DNA of 64,000 nucleotides from Balanoglossus misakiensis (taxonomy: Eukaryota; Animalia; Hemichordata). Under the pieces are notes generated by a model. That model was not told the origin of the DNA, searched no databases, and saw only the letters and a list, made by a program, of their open reading frames with translations. The DNA is taken from NCBI GenBank assembly GCA_040954595.2, contig CM082594.2:3147319-3211318 (forward strand), in the 5' to 3' direction. Every line of letters starts with the position of its first letter. Within the stretch, counting starts at the first letter, position 1. Position numbers and translations under genes: made by a program. Shown one piece after another: positions 37,163 through 50,905 of the stretch.

Positions 37163-37980
37163 CTTATCACATACATAGCTCCGCATATACCATAGTATGA
37201 CGTCAGACGTAGGTAAATTTGCACCGAGCATTATTGTAATACCCATCCCTCTGACGTCACCAAACGGAACTATTTTAAACTTGTAAACAAAGTCCTCTTA
37301 GGGCGACAAAATTCAGTTCAATTGTTCGTTTTATTTCGATATTAAAAATAAGCAAAGATAAATAAAATGTTTCGTATGTGTAAATATGGACGATCGACGA
37401 TTAGTTTTACCTGTGTACATTTTTATCGCACCAACCGGCACCAAAACTGTCGCGAGGTCGTCAGTGCTGAGCCAATGTCGTCGCGTTGTCGAACGAGCGA
37501 CAGGTACAAAACTGAGTATTCGCAAAAACGTTGATGCGACGATTAGAGCAAAACGGTCTAGTCATAAAGCAAAAGGCATAAGAAAGGTTTCCTGCTCCAG
37601 TGAAACCGTGACGGACGATGAAATCCAGCTGATGCGCGACAGACGGGTCCTCGCCAAAACCAGAATCGTCCAGGTCGTGACCTGAGTCACCTGACAGATA
37701 GACCGCATAACATCGATCTTCAATTTTGCACAAAATAGTTCCAAATTTTATCGCAACCACAAAGAGATTTATTTGAAAATAAAAAATAGCGGATCTATGT
37801 ATGTGATAAACATATAATTCCCCCGTATTCCTCACTCGTGTACCTGCGTCGCGAACTCGTGATTCCCCGTATAGCTGTATCCCTCCTCGCCTGCGGCTCG
37901 GAGGGATACGGCCGCTATACGGGGAATCACTCGTCCGCGACGCAGGCACACTTGTTCGAAATACGGGGGAATTATATATA
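37163..37980. mobile_element. Non-autonomous insertion: inverted-repeat-flanked core plus ~165-bp terminal hairpin
   Basis: Absent at the homologous site in unit A (~22010). TTATCACATACATAG (37163) pairs with CTATGTATGTGATAA (~37795-37809). Hairpin TATAATTCCCCCGTATT..AATACGGGGGAATTATA at 37813-37977. A half copy of the hairpin lies at ~23118-23207. Confidence 0.7.
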
Positions 37981-40899
37981 ACAATTCCCAGGCGACTGTG
38001 AGTCCATGTTAGCTGCGGTACGCAGCTGTACCGTTTTGGAGGGGGGGGGACTGATTACCCAAACGGACAGCTGCGGGCCAACCAGCATTCTAATCGTACA
38101 GTAGCTCTGCGTGGCATAGCCTAGTCCTAGCCGTCTTTTGTCCGCTTTGCTTCCAAAATAAACTTTTATGCGTGGCAGGGCTGTGTGTTAACGGCGAGGA
38201 ATAGCCGTACCAACACAACACAGCCCTGCCACGCAGAGCTAATCGTGCAGTTGCATCGCCGCGACTGGTATAGGAACATTTGAACGGCAACAGAAAACAA
38301 ACTGAGCGTAATTCAATAAAACGACCTACACCTGCCTGAAATCTGTCTATTACTGCTTCCCCAACTCCATTCCTGAACAAAATCTCTGGTTCGTTTACGT
38401 ATTTCAGCCGATTTTCTAACGAGTACTCGGGATCACACTCTGGAACGGACTTTGTGACTGTATTCTCGTCAACTCCCGTTCACTAAATTAGCATATCAAT
38501 AGAGAGGTCATCCACGGGTAGGAAATGGCGCGCCAGCATATCAACCGCGCTCATTTCTTGCGGTTTCTTGAAATAAAATGTTGGTTTTCGTAGAAAGCTT
38601 TGTCTCCAGACTGATTTCTTTGTAAGTTTTCACTTTAAAGTAACATTTACGTGCTTGGCGGGATTTTCACCCGCTTAATTACTGCTGTTCTGGAAAAGTC
38701 GCTGTGATTGGCTAGATCTCAATTCGCCATGGTAACTATAGCTAATTTTCCATAGGTGACCGTATACCTTTAACGTTGGCGTTCAATACGCGCAAGTTTG
38801 TAAAAGTCAGTATACGTTTGTCCGTTTATGATGCGTTCGCATTCTAAGTTTCTTCTATTTAGTGAGTTCATACATTATTCTCTGAACAAAGCCGGGCTGA
38901 TTTCGTTGAACACGTAATTAGGTTCTCCCACATTGTTAATTTTCTATTTCGAAATAAAAGAAAAATTTGACTTATATTTCAGAGACAGAAAGTTGAAATT
39001 TGCATGGAAACATTTCTGTATAAGCAAAGGAGAAATCCGTATCGCTCGTATGAGGGCGACATAAAGTTAATTTGGGTGGTCAGTATTACTCATGATCAGT
39101 GTACAGATATACGTCTCGTGACAATAATTGACGGTATCAAAATAATATTTGTGTACTGTAATTACAAACAAAGCCTTGCAAATAAGTATTTCTTGATATG
39201 AACTTCATTCCTTTATTCGAATCCATGGATAAAAATAGTCTACCTTCCAACAGAAGTACAATATATCAATCAAACTAAATTTAATAACAATGCCCTTCCC
39301 CGAAAGAAATTTCACTGATTTGCCCAAATCACATGACAGTGACATTATTCTTCAAAAATTCAAAAACATGCATTATGTAAATTACAATTGCAAAATCCTT
39401 CAATTATCTAGAAATTCAAAATTGGTCCAATTACACGATAATGTAGATAATGTAATGTCCATAAAAATTATAAAAAAAAAATCCCTACCTACCCTATTTT
39501 TGAAAACCATGTAGTCGGAACAGCACATATTTTTTATTTGGCCTAAACGTGAATTAACGTGAAAATATTTCTTGAATTTTTTAGTCTGCAGGATCTCAGA
39601 ATTTCATAGAAAAGTAAGAGCCGTACATTTTGTGAAATTTCAAGTTCATGTTCATCCCAGTTATGACTCTTGATTTTAGTATGATTACTTGTCATACAGA
39701 CCACCTTGTTAATAGTCATAAAACTATTTAATTGAAATTCGGAACAAAGACATTCGAGAAAATTCCACAAAGAATATGCGTTTCTATGGATCTTTTTGTA
39801 TATACCTCAAACAATGCGAATCCTTGTTACAATGTGTCGCGGACTGCAAGATCATCCATATACACATTATTCATTGACAAGCAAGAATCCAAGTACGCTT
39901 ACAACATCTGTCGCTCACTTGAAATCTAGAAAGAAATTGTTCACATCAAAGGCAATTATGTTTAGAGTAAATCTACCCTGCGGGCATTGACAGACTGGAC
40001 CCCGAAATGCTTTTAAATTACTGCCAAATATATTTTACACCCATAAATTGTTTTCATCATTGTCGTTATAAAGTAAACGCTGGGTGCACGCATCTTTTTT
40101 AGTAGAAGCTATCACGATTTTATCACGACGTTTCTGCAGTGGTTTAATTCAATGAGTGTGATTAATAGTTGCAAACAAAAACGTCCAATATAAAATGCTT
40201 AATATACACAACCGAAATACAAATTAACTAAAAAAAGGAGAATTGATAAGAATCGAACGTGATTGAAAAAATGCAAAATTGCTAATACAAATTTCAAATT
40301 GTACATGTATGATTGATGTCTTGATTGTTTGATTCAGTGATCGATTGGTCTACCAATCAACGAATCGAACGATCGACTGGCCAAAAATTGGTATAAGGCA
40401 CTAGATAATTAAAAAACTACCACACTGAACGTCTTACACATCGGGATAGTGACGTTCAATTACGTTGCATTAATTTGTATTCCCCTAGATGTTCTTATTT
40501 CTCTATACGTAAGAAGTTTCCCATCGAAGCTCTCCTTCCATCGTAGGGCTGAGGTTCTGGTACATTCGCTTGATAATCCGTGGATAGTGTCGACATTTAA
40601 ACAGCCAATACATTTCCAGTTAATCGGGTGGTGTATACTTCCAATAGGATTTCATGCTTGTTGAGATATACACATGGTGGCCTGCAATTCAACAGATGGA
40701 ACTCTTCATTGCAACAAATCATGGTGTGGACAATTCGATTGGTCGCTGTCTTAAAATCGTAATTCTGCTTTCGTAGAAGTGCGTAAAAGTAGTGGATTAA
40801 CGTGGTTCAAACTTGACAATATAATCTATCCATATTATTGATGCTGCATGAACTTATGATTACTTTTATTGACAATGATAACAATAATGACTTACGCAT

Positions 40900-43800
40900 T
40901 TAGTCATCATCCCATTGATCATCGAACTCATAATTTCCCAGGTTTGCTTGCTCTGACCATGCGCTGTATCTGGCCCCATCCATTTCGGACGCCAGTCTGT
41001 TGTCGTCTCTGAGTCTGTGACCCGTTCCACCAATGCCGGCGTGACATTCCGGACACGTGGACTCCACCGTTGCCCCGCCACAGTCGCCAATGGCATAAAT
41101 GTGACCATTGGGACATTTATACCAGTGACCTTGAGTGTAGCCCATGGCCTTCACGACCATTTTGCGTTCCTCGCTGGTCAGGGTGGCACCTATCTCTGGA
41201 TGCAGCTTCCGTACAGACTTAAGAAGTCCTTCGACCTCTGCTTCTTTGGATTCTGTCAGGGCAGTTCCATTGGTTAAGATATCTTCAGCTTTCTTGAGAT
41301 ATTGACTGGCAATACTTGACAACTGTATACGACAGTGAATCACATCTTTTTGCATGATGTACAGTTTACAGAGAAAATTCACTCTCTGTATCTCCGTGGT
41401 GATGTCTCCCAGTTCCTGGTCACTGAGCCTCAAACGTGGCTTCATCAACCAGTTCTCCAAATCTTGTAGTTCCGACGACACCATTTCATATTTATTAGCG
41501 GCAGGTCTACTGCGTACACCGTCCAATCTGTCAAGCATAGAGGCAGTTCTCAGGTTGGCCCTAGCGTGGTTCTTTATCTTAGTGATCTCTTTCAAGATGG
41601 TGATTTTATTTTTTATCGCATCCAACTGCTCCATAGTTAGTTTCTGTGCGAGTTCACTCCTCACCTCCTTTGCTGTCTTCATGTCTATATTTGATGCGGC
41701 TTCCATAAGCAGTCTTTTGGTCATCTGTTTTCTGGTTGTGTCATCACCGATTATTTTGGCTTTCACCTTTTGGATATCTTCAATGGCCTTCTTGAGGACA
41801 TTTCCATATCTATGACTCTTCCTAATCGGGGTCTTACATTTGGGACACACTTTGAACTGGATGATGCTTGATTTATCATCTTCCTCTTCCATCCACTGAT
41901 CCAATGCTTCAACTTCTATGAAATGGCGACAGTCTTGAAGTTGAATGAACCGAGCGTCATCTTCATCTTCTGTACCGAACAATATTGCTGTAACTTCTGA
42001 GTGATGGCATTCTCTGCACTTCTTCGGACATGGTTCGCCACAAAGACCAATACACGGGTGATCACATTTCAGCTTTTTCTGGCAAGGCTCATCGCAAACA
42101 GGCTTATCGCACATCTCTCCACATCGTCTGCTGCATCTGTCGTGTCTGCATTCCCACTTGCACTGCTCGTTACAAGGCTTGCACACTTCGCCACACGTCT
42201 TTGGGCACTTACTGTGTTCACACCGATTTTCGCACTTCTTCCTGCACGGCGGGCAATTTCGTGTGCACGGCTCCTCGCAGGGATGGCCGCAGACAAGTAT
42301 CCGGTCACATTTGCTGGTGCATGGAACATGAAGACGACCATTTTTGCATTGACCACAAGTGCCTTTACATCTGTGTTCACACTTGAGAAGTACGTCACAT
42401 ATCTCTGGACAGGACTCTGGCCCCGCTGAACACGCCACCTTGACAATGTGGCCGCATGGCCAGTCGATTTTCGTTACTTGTACCTTGCACTGGTCTACTT
42501 TGGTACACGGTTCTCCGCATGATTTCTGGCACCTATGGCCACACGACAGCACCCTACTACATCTGATGATACAGTCGGCATAGCGGGCATCTTTGTAACA
42601 AGCCATAAGCTGCTTGTGGCCACATTTTGGAATAACTTTCTCCACCTGAACCATGCAGCTATCGCCACAGTGCTGATAACACGATTTCGTACATTTATGA
42701 CCACGCTCGCAGATCGTCTTCTGGCAAGGTTTCCGGCACTTGTAATTCTTGTGTTCTGGATCACGAGGATGACACACCATTTCGCACTGATGGCCACAGT
42801 CCAATCGATATTCACACGGCCTTTTACAACCGCCTTCAGGAGCTTGGCTGAAATCTTTCTCCGTTGCCACTTCGATCACTTGCTGAGGATGATTCTGACA
42901 TGTGAGTTGAAGCTTGTGCCCGATGCAACCCTTCTTTGTCATATCCTGGACGATTTTACTCCACTTGTCTTCTTCCTTCGCAAGTTGACTAAAATTGCCG
43001 ATGCAGAAGAAGCCCTTCTTTGCCCTTGACAAGGCAACGCAGATTCGATTCGATATTTTGAGAAATCCTATCCTCCCTTCGACGTTGCTTCGTACGAGCG
43101 ACAAGAGAATGATGTCATTTTCTTCGCCTTGGAAGTTGTCCACAACCGATACACGGACACCTTGGTACAGTCGCTTCGGCATGTATCTTTTGAACGTGAA
43201 CAGCTGCCCGGTGTATGTCGTCAGGATGGTTATCTGGGATGGCGAGTACCCTTGCTGTAGGAAGTATTTGCACAAGGCCGTCAAAAAGGTGACTTCATGG
43301 ATGTTGGATTTGCTCTTGGTGTCAGCAACATTGTCTTCCTTGAATTTGTGGTCTATAAAGAACACATTTGATGAGACGCCCTTGATGCTGTCATAGTAGT
43401 TCACTGACTCGTGATTGTAGAGATCTTCATAGAAGTGCCTCATCAACTCCGCGATTTCCGGCCTCATTCTGTGCTGTTGCGATAACCTCTCGCACTGCAT
43501 TCCGATGTTCACCATTCTCTCAAACAGGGAGATGTCCAGTTTGAATTTCTTGGCCAGCTTGTACACAGTTGGATTGGGTCTCAGCTGTTGATGATCACCG
43601 ATCAGTATGAGATGTTCACAGCCCTTGGTCAGTGTTGTTATGATGTGAGCTTCTAGGACTTCCGCGGCCTCCTCAATGACCACAATCTTTGGTTGAATCT
43701 GTTGAATGAGACTGCGATACTTGGCTGCCCCAGTGGTCGTCATGCCTATCACAGCGGCCTTTTGCAAGATGGCCAGATTTTCCTCATTTTGCACCTCTCG

Positions 43801-46800
43801 GAATTGCCGGCAGGCTGTTTCGTACGCCTCGTAGTGGCTGTGGAGAACACCTTTTTGTTGTTCAGTATACTTCGATATCCATAACCTGTACAGTCTCCAT
43901 CTGTTTTCCAGGGTAAGCGCCCAGATGTTATCAATCATTGCTTCTTCCGTCTCGTCCATGACATCCCTGCTGTGTAACTTCTGAGAAATTTCCCGCTTCC
44001 ATTGGCCTTTGCGCTTACGCTTAACCACCCATGCACCATCCCTTGTTGTCGCGCTGTCAGCTTGGCTGGCAATGGTGTCCAGATCCACCGCAATGGTTGC
44101 ATTTGCCATGTCAGCATAATTTCTCTGGTGCTCTTTCCTTTGCTTTGCTCCAAACATGCCACCTTCAAAGTCGTCTTTGTCGTCATCATCAACAAACCTT
44201 TGTTGTTCTTCTAGGTCAGCTTCTTCATCAAGGTCAATCTGGTCATCATCATCATCTTCTTCTTCCTCTACTAAACCAGCTTCTTGTGTGGGGTCCCCCA
44301 CCAAGTTTCTTGCTGCTTCTGTTTCTTCTTCTTGAACAAACAGCTCTCCCATTAAACCGAGCCACAGTGGAATGGCGGAGTGTCGCTTGCCAATGTAATC
44401 CTGATCAAGCGTCGTCACTACCTCGGTAAGGCTTTCCAAATGATGTCTTGCGATGAATGGTTGAAGACAGTCTTCGCTGAGTACCCCCTTTCTGGTTGCA
44501 TTTATCAACTCTGACGCTCTTTCCATTGGTTCCTGTAAGCGTTGCATTTCCTCTCGTGCAGACCACAGCCCAGTGTATATATGCTTCGGAACTCCACGCT
44601 TGGTTCTCATTTGCGACTTCAAATAATTCAGATTGTACTGCCTCAGTGATTCGCTTGAACTTCGTCCACCGACACGGACCAGGTCTGCTTGCTGAAACTC
44701 CTGAATACCCTCCAGGAATTGGTCGAGTGCATGGTTTGTGTAGCAGACAACAAATATCGGCCGTTTGTCATTTTGACCCGTGATCCTGTCTCTAGACCAC
44801 TTGCTTCTATTGTAGAGGAGGGTTTTCACAATCTTGAGACCAATGTACGTCTTCCCTGTGCCTGGAGGGCCTTGGATGACGGCAAACTCTTTAGTTAATG
44901 CCATCTGGACTGCCCGAAATTGGGACTCATCTAAATTGAGTACATCATGTTTTGGCCATCTATACAACGGTAGTATGGGTACAGACTTCAGCGAATTCAG
45001 TGCTGGATTATTAGCAAATTCATACTCGTCTTCATCTTCATCTGAGTCAGCCCATGAGTATTGTTCATCGTCTGAGTCAAGTGCCACGGGGCTTTTCTTC
45101 ATTCTTCCCTTTGGTTCTGCAACCATCGGCCGAAGGTCATAAACCGGACGCTCATTTCGCAAATACTTTGGTGGACTAACTTCAGTGACTACATTGATAA
45201 TGTATGGCTTAAAGGGCAATGTTTCCTCTGTGATTTCCTGCAGACCTTTTAAGACATGCTTGTACGCCTCAAAATATGCAGATGTTTCAGCCATGATGAA
45301 TTCATCTCTGGGTGTTATGTCGGCTACTTGCGTGATGTCTTCGAAGCGAATATCAAGGTACCCTTGCTCCAAATCCTTGACCGATCGGTTCGCTACCGTG
45401 GCAAAAATCAAAGTATTGAAGTCGTCCTTTGAGAGACACAGCAGTGAGCCGAAGATGAGTCTCTTACTGGACTGCCATCTTAAATGCTTCAAGCGAGTTT
45501 CGTCGAACTTGATGTTGTGCACCACACCAGCCAGTGTACACATGGGGTATTCTATGTGGACGCCGTGGTACAGCCGAATTTCTTGGAAATACTTGGTCTG
45601 GGCCAAGGGATCTCTCAACGAAGTGAGATATGCAGCGATTCCTTTACGGAGGGGATCCATGAAATCTTCGCGCAGAAGTCGAAACTGGACATCGAGGTAA
45701 TGGTCAACTCCTCTGTAACCCCTGTCAACTATGTTTGGCCGAATAAATGGCTCAATGTCAGCATGGACATCTTTGATATCAGGGAATATTGGTATTGTGC
45801 GAAAATCATCGGGAGGTTCTTCATCATCAAGGTCACGCTTCTGTTCTTTTCTAGTGGCGTTGTGTCGGTTGGTCTCCATTAAATCAATACGCATGTCTTT
45901 CAGTTCATCGATCTGTTTGGTGATCTCGTCATCGATGGCATTGGTGGTGTGACGCAACTGATTGACAGTACTCTCCAGCGTGCTCAAAGCTGGGATGACG
46001 CTCAGGTAACAGCTGGGTATCTTCTCCAACATATTGAGTAATATGTTGCAAACATGTTTCAAGTGTTGGGGAAACATGAGTTGCTTCTCGTGCGAAACCT
46101 CCATGGGAAGTTGTGCCAGGAAGAGTGGTAGGTGACGAAGGAGGAATTCTGACTCTTGGAGCATACACAGAACTGAAATCAGTGATTCCGGTGACGTGTT
46201 ACATTCACAAGCTTTGGACAAGGCATTCAGAAGTAAAACAAAGAGATCTTCGCGGATTCTCTCTTCTTCGAGCAACTGCTTAAATCCACTACGAGAGTTA
46301 AATGTGATGACGATTTCACTGGGTTCTTTTTGGGTCAGCTCTTCCAATCTCCTGTATTTCATGGCCGTTGGTTCACTCTGTGATCTCCCGCCATTTCCTC
46401 CACGGCCTCGTCTGGTTTGTATTACGTCCGCCCCCATTTCCGCTCTATTTCTATGATAAAAAGATTCACTGACAAAGGAATAAAATGTGAAATTATTAAC
46501 GAAAGTCAAAGTAGTACATTCATTATTGTCATTATTTTGTGACGTCAGCTTTAAACCGGAAACTGCGCGCACTCGTCTTTTTCCCATAGGTTTACATTGA
46601 TATTTGCCAGAAAACAACTTCTACTATTGTCATTTTTACGAAATTTTACTCATAGCTCATTCCAGTTAATATAAATTCATTGGTCAAATAAAATATAGAG
46701 GTCAACGCGCTCTATTTTGAGACAAATTGCGTTAAAAATTTTGCCCATAGACAAACCATGGGTGAAAAATGCTGAGTCAGCAGTTTTCTTCTATTATCGA

Positions 46801-47387
46801 CTAAATTCATGGCTCTGTATTTCAAAAACAAGCGCGGTGACCCCTATATTTTATTACGGATTTTCATTATACATACAAAGGAGAATCCAAAAATCCACAA
46901 TTAAAAAACATATACTTTCAATTTTACTGAACGTACATCCTTAAACGATTTGTTTTTGTACTCGTTCGAAGATGTTTATCTGGTAATGCAAACCTCAGTA
47001 CACGCATCTTATTCTCCGGATACCTACTACGCGGAATTTGTGTGGCAAAAAGATCAAATGAGTGCTACTCGACATATAATGAAATGAATGTGTGTCTTCC
47101 TTTAATGTTGAACGCGCCTTGAAATTCTCACATTTTGAAAGGGTTATTTTAAATAAACCTCTCTTACAATTGAGAATAATAAAGTTGTTGTAATACATTT
47201 GTATTTAGTTCCAAAATTTATGTATTTTTCAAACATGTCAAAGATATAATTACTGCTGAGACTCGTTTCCACGACCTCGACCTCGCCCTCCACTGTGTCC
47301 ACGCCCTCCACGTCCGAAACCACCATATCCGCCACGATTGTAGGGTCTTCTCTGCCCTCGTCCCCTGCCTCGTCTGTAATCATCCAT
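40900..47387 (-). CDS. ZNFX1: ZNFX1, copy B, ~1894 aa
   Basis: Exon 47387-47254 (RGG-rich) splices in phase to exon 46450-40900. All helicase, NF-X1 and RZ motifs are intact, as in copy A. Confidence 0.95.
46555..46940. mobile_element. ~390-bp TTAA-flanked insertion in ZNFX1-B intron 1
   Basis: TTAA at 46551-46554 and 46941-46944; the sequence is absent at the homologous position ~31140 of unit A. The termini are not clean inverted repeats. Confidence 0.6.
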
Positions 47388-48919
47388 TCTTCATAGATAT
47401 AGCGATATCGGTGACTGTACAGTATCATAAACAGAAATGCGACGGTGTTAGCACATGATTTTGTTTGACTAAATATCTAATATATGTGCAGTGCTATATT
47501 GGATATTGCGATCCAGCAATACCAACTCCATGGCTTTGTTACACATGACCATTGACACCATGTTGTGATAATTTTGGATATTCTTGCTTTGTATTCCAAC
47601 AGTGTATACTATACGACAATTTCGTCATGGAAGCGTTGGCATGTTATGGTTAAAATTGTGAGTTATGGCTGCGAGTAGATTGTGAGCACAGTAATTAATC
47701 AACAGCAAAGTATTATTTCGGGTTAGCTTATCAAGCGTTTCACTCAAGAGAAAGAGCCAAACTTCAATCCAAAAAAAATGGTCGTGTCTTCATATGCATG
47801 CCTTAGGAATGTATACTGTTACAATGGATATGGGCTGCCGATTGGCAGGTCCACAAATACACAATTCACTTCTAAACTGTGCCACTGGCCAATGTCAGCG
47901 AAGACCAAACAAAAAACATGAGCAAATTGCGTCTAGTTACAAATGTCACTTTATTTGTTTTGTTTTTTAAATTTCTCCTTCATAAGGCGTGAAGTCTTTG
48001 ACGTTGTCAAATAAGTCAAAAGACGAAACACGAAATGTGACCTTGACATGACATGAATGTCACCACGAAATGAAAGCGACATGAACTCTGGTATAGCGCC
48101 AGGCACATTGTGACAAATGTACAGTATAGTATCTCAGTGTAATAATAAATTACTAAAAAATACTGTGCTCTGATTTTCGCAGAAGATATTAAAGATAACA
48201 TTAACCAATAGCATGAAACTGTTCTCAGTAAGCCTGTTTATCTTTGTACTGATTATATGCCACCCCCCACCAAATGAAAACATTTTTGGAGAAATTATCT
48301 AGGTTCCTCGCTCCCTTATTCTCATGAAACTAAGCATTTGGTATATGTTCAGTAATGCCATGCATGTAAATCCCTTCAAAATACATGCTGTAGACATATT
48401 TAACCCTTTGAGGAAATGACGGTGGATTTACAACTGAGTTAAAGGGTTGTGTATCAGACACGCACATATTCGGGGGCATATCTTTTTGATCAACATATAT
48501 GAGATGTGATCCAAATATCCCCTATAAATAGATTAAGTAGGCAAACATTAATTGAAATTCTTTCTACAGTTGCAGGGCCGCACGAATGTCACTGAATCCG
48601 GGTCGCTGTGGATACCTTGATCTAGGTTACCAGACATTGCACTTTGACCCCTCAGCACAAGGTCTGTGTACAATACGCAGACGCCAGGCACTTCTGCATT
48701 GAAACGATTTCGTTGTCCAATTTGTTATTTCTGCAGACCCTTCAGAGACCTTTGATGTTAAATCTCAAAGGGACACCGCTCGAATACACTGTTTCGAGTT
48801 GAAGGCCAAGGCCTATTACTTTCGTTTTGACTATTTCATAAGCAGGGCTGTGCATTCCTCTGTGTTTTTCTGTTGACGATAGGACTATAGTTACCGCGTT
48901 CATTTAACAGTCAAGGTCA

Positions 48920-49205
48920 ACGGACTCGTACCTTTAAACGACAATTTTGTGAATTGAAACTACTGACAAGCGTGAAAGGACAAGCGACAGAATGATTTCA
49001 ACACTTACCGATAAGCATACGTCTGCGGTCGTGGTTTAAATGGCTAATGCCGTTTGTTTTCGCTTTGTTAGACTATATAACGTCACACTTCGGGGAATTC
49101 CCCGTCACGTGACCTGAATAGCTGTTCCATTGAAAGACGTGATATCCAGTGACCAAACAATACCCGGAAAACATACAACTTCACACTAAATTAAAGCGAA
49201 AGATT
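48920..49205 (-). promoter_or_regulatory. Putative ZNFX1-B promoter and non-coding first exon
   Basis: GGGGAATTCCCC 49092-49103; GTCACGTGAC 49104-49113; TATATA ~49074; AAAGCGAAAAC (minus strand) ~49056-49066; AAAGCGAAAG ~49193; donor at 49008. Confidence 0.7.
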
Positions 49206-49337
49206 ACCTGCTGATCAGCAGTTCGTTTGCATATCCAAATATAACCCATATACAATTATCTATTAATGTATAGCCTCACCCGAAAACAAGCATACGAGGG
49301 TATTTTATTGAGGATATACAATGTATGTAGACTACGT

Positions 49338-49428
49338 GTATGTATGTATGTATGTATGTATGTATGTATGTATGTATGTATGTATGTATGTATGTATGTA
49401 TGTATGTATGTATGTATGTATGTATGTA
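49338..49428. repeat. (TATG)n microsatellite
   Basis: Direct inspection. Confidence 0.95.
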
Positions 49429-50297
49429 TCATTTAGTTAGACTTGATTTCATGATTTACTTTAAACTTTATCGGTAGCTAAAAATTCTTTTCTTGATACG
49501 TTTCAGATTATCCAGCGATGACCGGACTCCCCTTCTTTCTGTTGGTCCAACAGCCGATCAACGGCAGCCTCTTTGTTATCCCACAGACAGACCTAAAGCA
49601 GGAAGTGAATACAAGTTGAATTAGAACACTTTGATTTTGTCATGATTTAATAAAATTGAAATAAAACAAAATAAATTAAATAAAGTACCATCTTTGCTTT
49701 GACGTATTTAGGTGAAGACGAGAATTAGTGAAAATGAGTATGAGAAGTCAAATTTAACATTAATTGAAGAAATGAAGAAATTTTGAAAATTCGCAAAGCC
49801 GAAATATAACCCATGATTTTTTTTAAATGAAGACATTTTGTAAATTCGGAAAGTCAAAAAGTTGTCAGTTTTTGATGATTTTCATGAGCTATATATAAAC
49901 CATGTTTTAAAAAAATGAAGAAATTTTGAAAATTCGCAAAGTCAAAAAAATGTCAGTTATTGATGATTTTCATGAGCTATAAACCCATGAAAATTTGAAA
50001 AGATGATGAAAATTCCAATATCGGTCGAAACATTTCAGGTTTTGATGTATTTAATGAGCTAATTCACAAGATCAAGACTTTGTCACAATTGTGCACAATA
50101 CCAGTACACGCACGCAAAACAAATGCCATCTTGAAGCACGCCACAGATTTAATAAACCTCTCGAAATAACAGACGAGTTTACAGTGCACCACCAACCTCA
50201 GCACTCACAAAACTTTCGATTCAGTATACTGCAAAAGTGTTCACATAGTTCCGTCGGTTTTCTTTTGGGGGTTACAGCAGTGCTGAATAGCGAAACA

Positions 50298-50365
50298 TTT
50301 CATTCATTCATTCATTCATTCATTCATTCATTCATTCATTCATTCATTCATTCATTCATTCATTC
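50298..50365. repeat. (TCAT)n microsatellite; shorter homolog at ~34562-34602
   Basis: Direct inspection. Confidence 0.95.
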
Positions 50366-50540
50366 ACTTGTCCCTTTGTTCCTTCATACGTGTAAGATCA
50401 ATCGATACCTACCTAGTAAATGTATTCCGGAGATAAAACTGTCTGTCAATCTGTCTGCGCCAGATGGACTACGTTTATACGCTTCTACGTAAATACTCAC
50501 CTGTATTCACCCATTTAACAGTTCACTAAACTCGCTTCCA

Positions 50541-50577
50541 AATAAATAAATAAATAAATGAATAAATAAATAAATAA

Positions 50578-50637
<60 letters not shown>

Positions 50638-50654
50638 ATAAATAAATAAATGGA

Positions 50655-50704
<50 letters not shown>

Positions 50705-50730
50705 AACAAACAAACAAACAAACAAACAAA

Positions 50731-50761
<31 letters not shown>

Positions 50762-50766
50762 ATACA

Positions 50767-50837
<71 letters not shown>

Positions 50838-50855
50838 AAAAAAATAAATAAATAA
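50541..50855. repeat. Compound microsatellite (AAAT)n(GATA)n(GACA)n(AAAC)n(AAAT)n
   Basis: Direct inspection; only ~30 bp of AT-rich sequence at the homologous site in unit A (~34783-34812). Confidence 0.95.
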
Positions 50856-50905
50856 TCCGACTGGCTGGGGTAGGTTAACCGCCTGAGGCAGACAGCAGAT
50901 AAGAA

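Noticed and set aside
46451-46617. N-terminal extension of the 1905-aa ZNFX1 ORF
   Set aside because: It lies in intron 1, runs into a unit-specific insertion and starts at a non-ATG codon. A phase-compatible acceptor at 46451 and an upstream RGG exon explain the true start.
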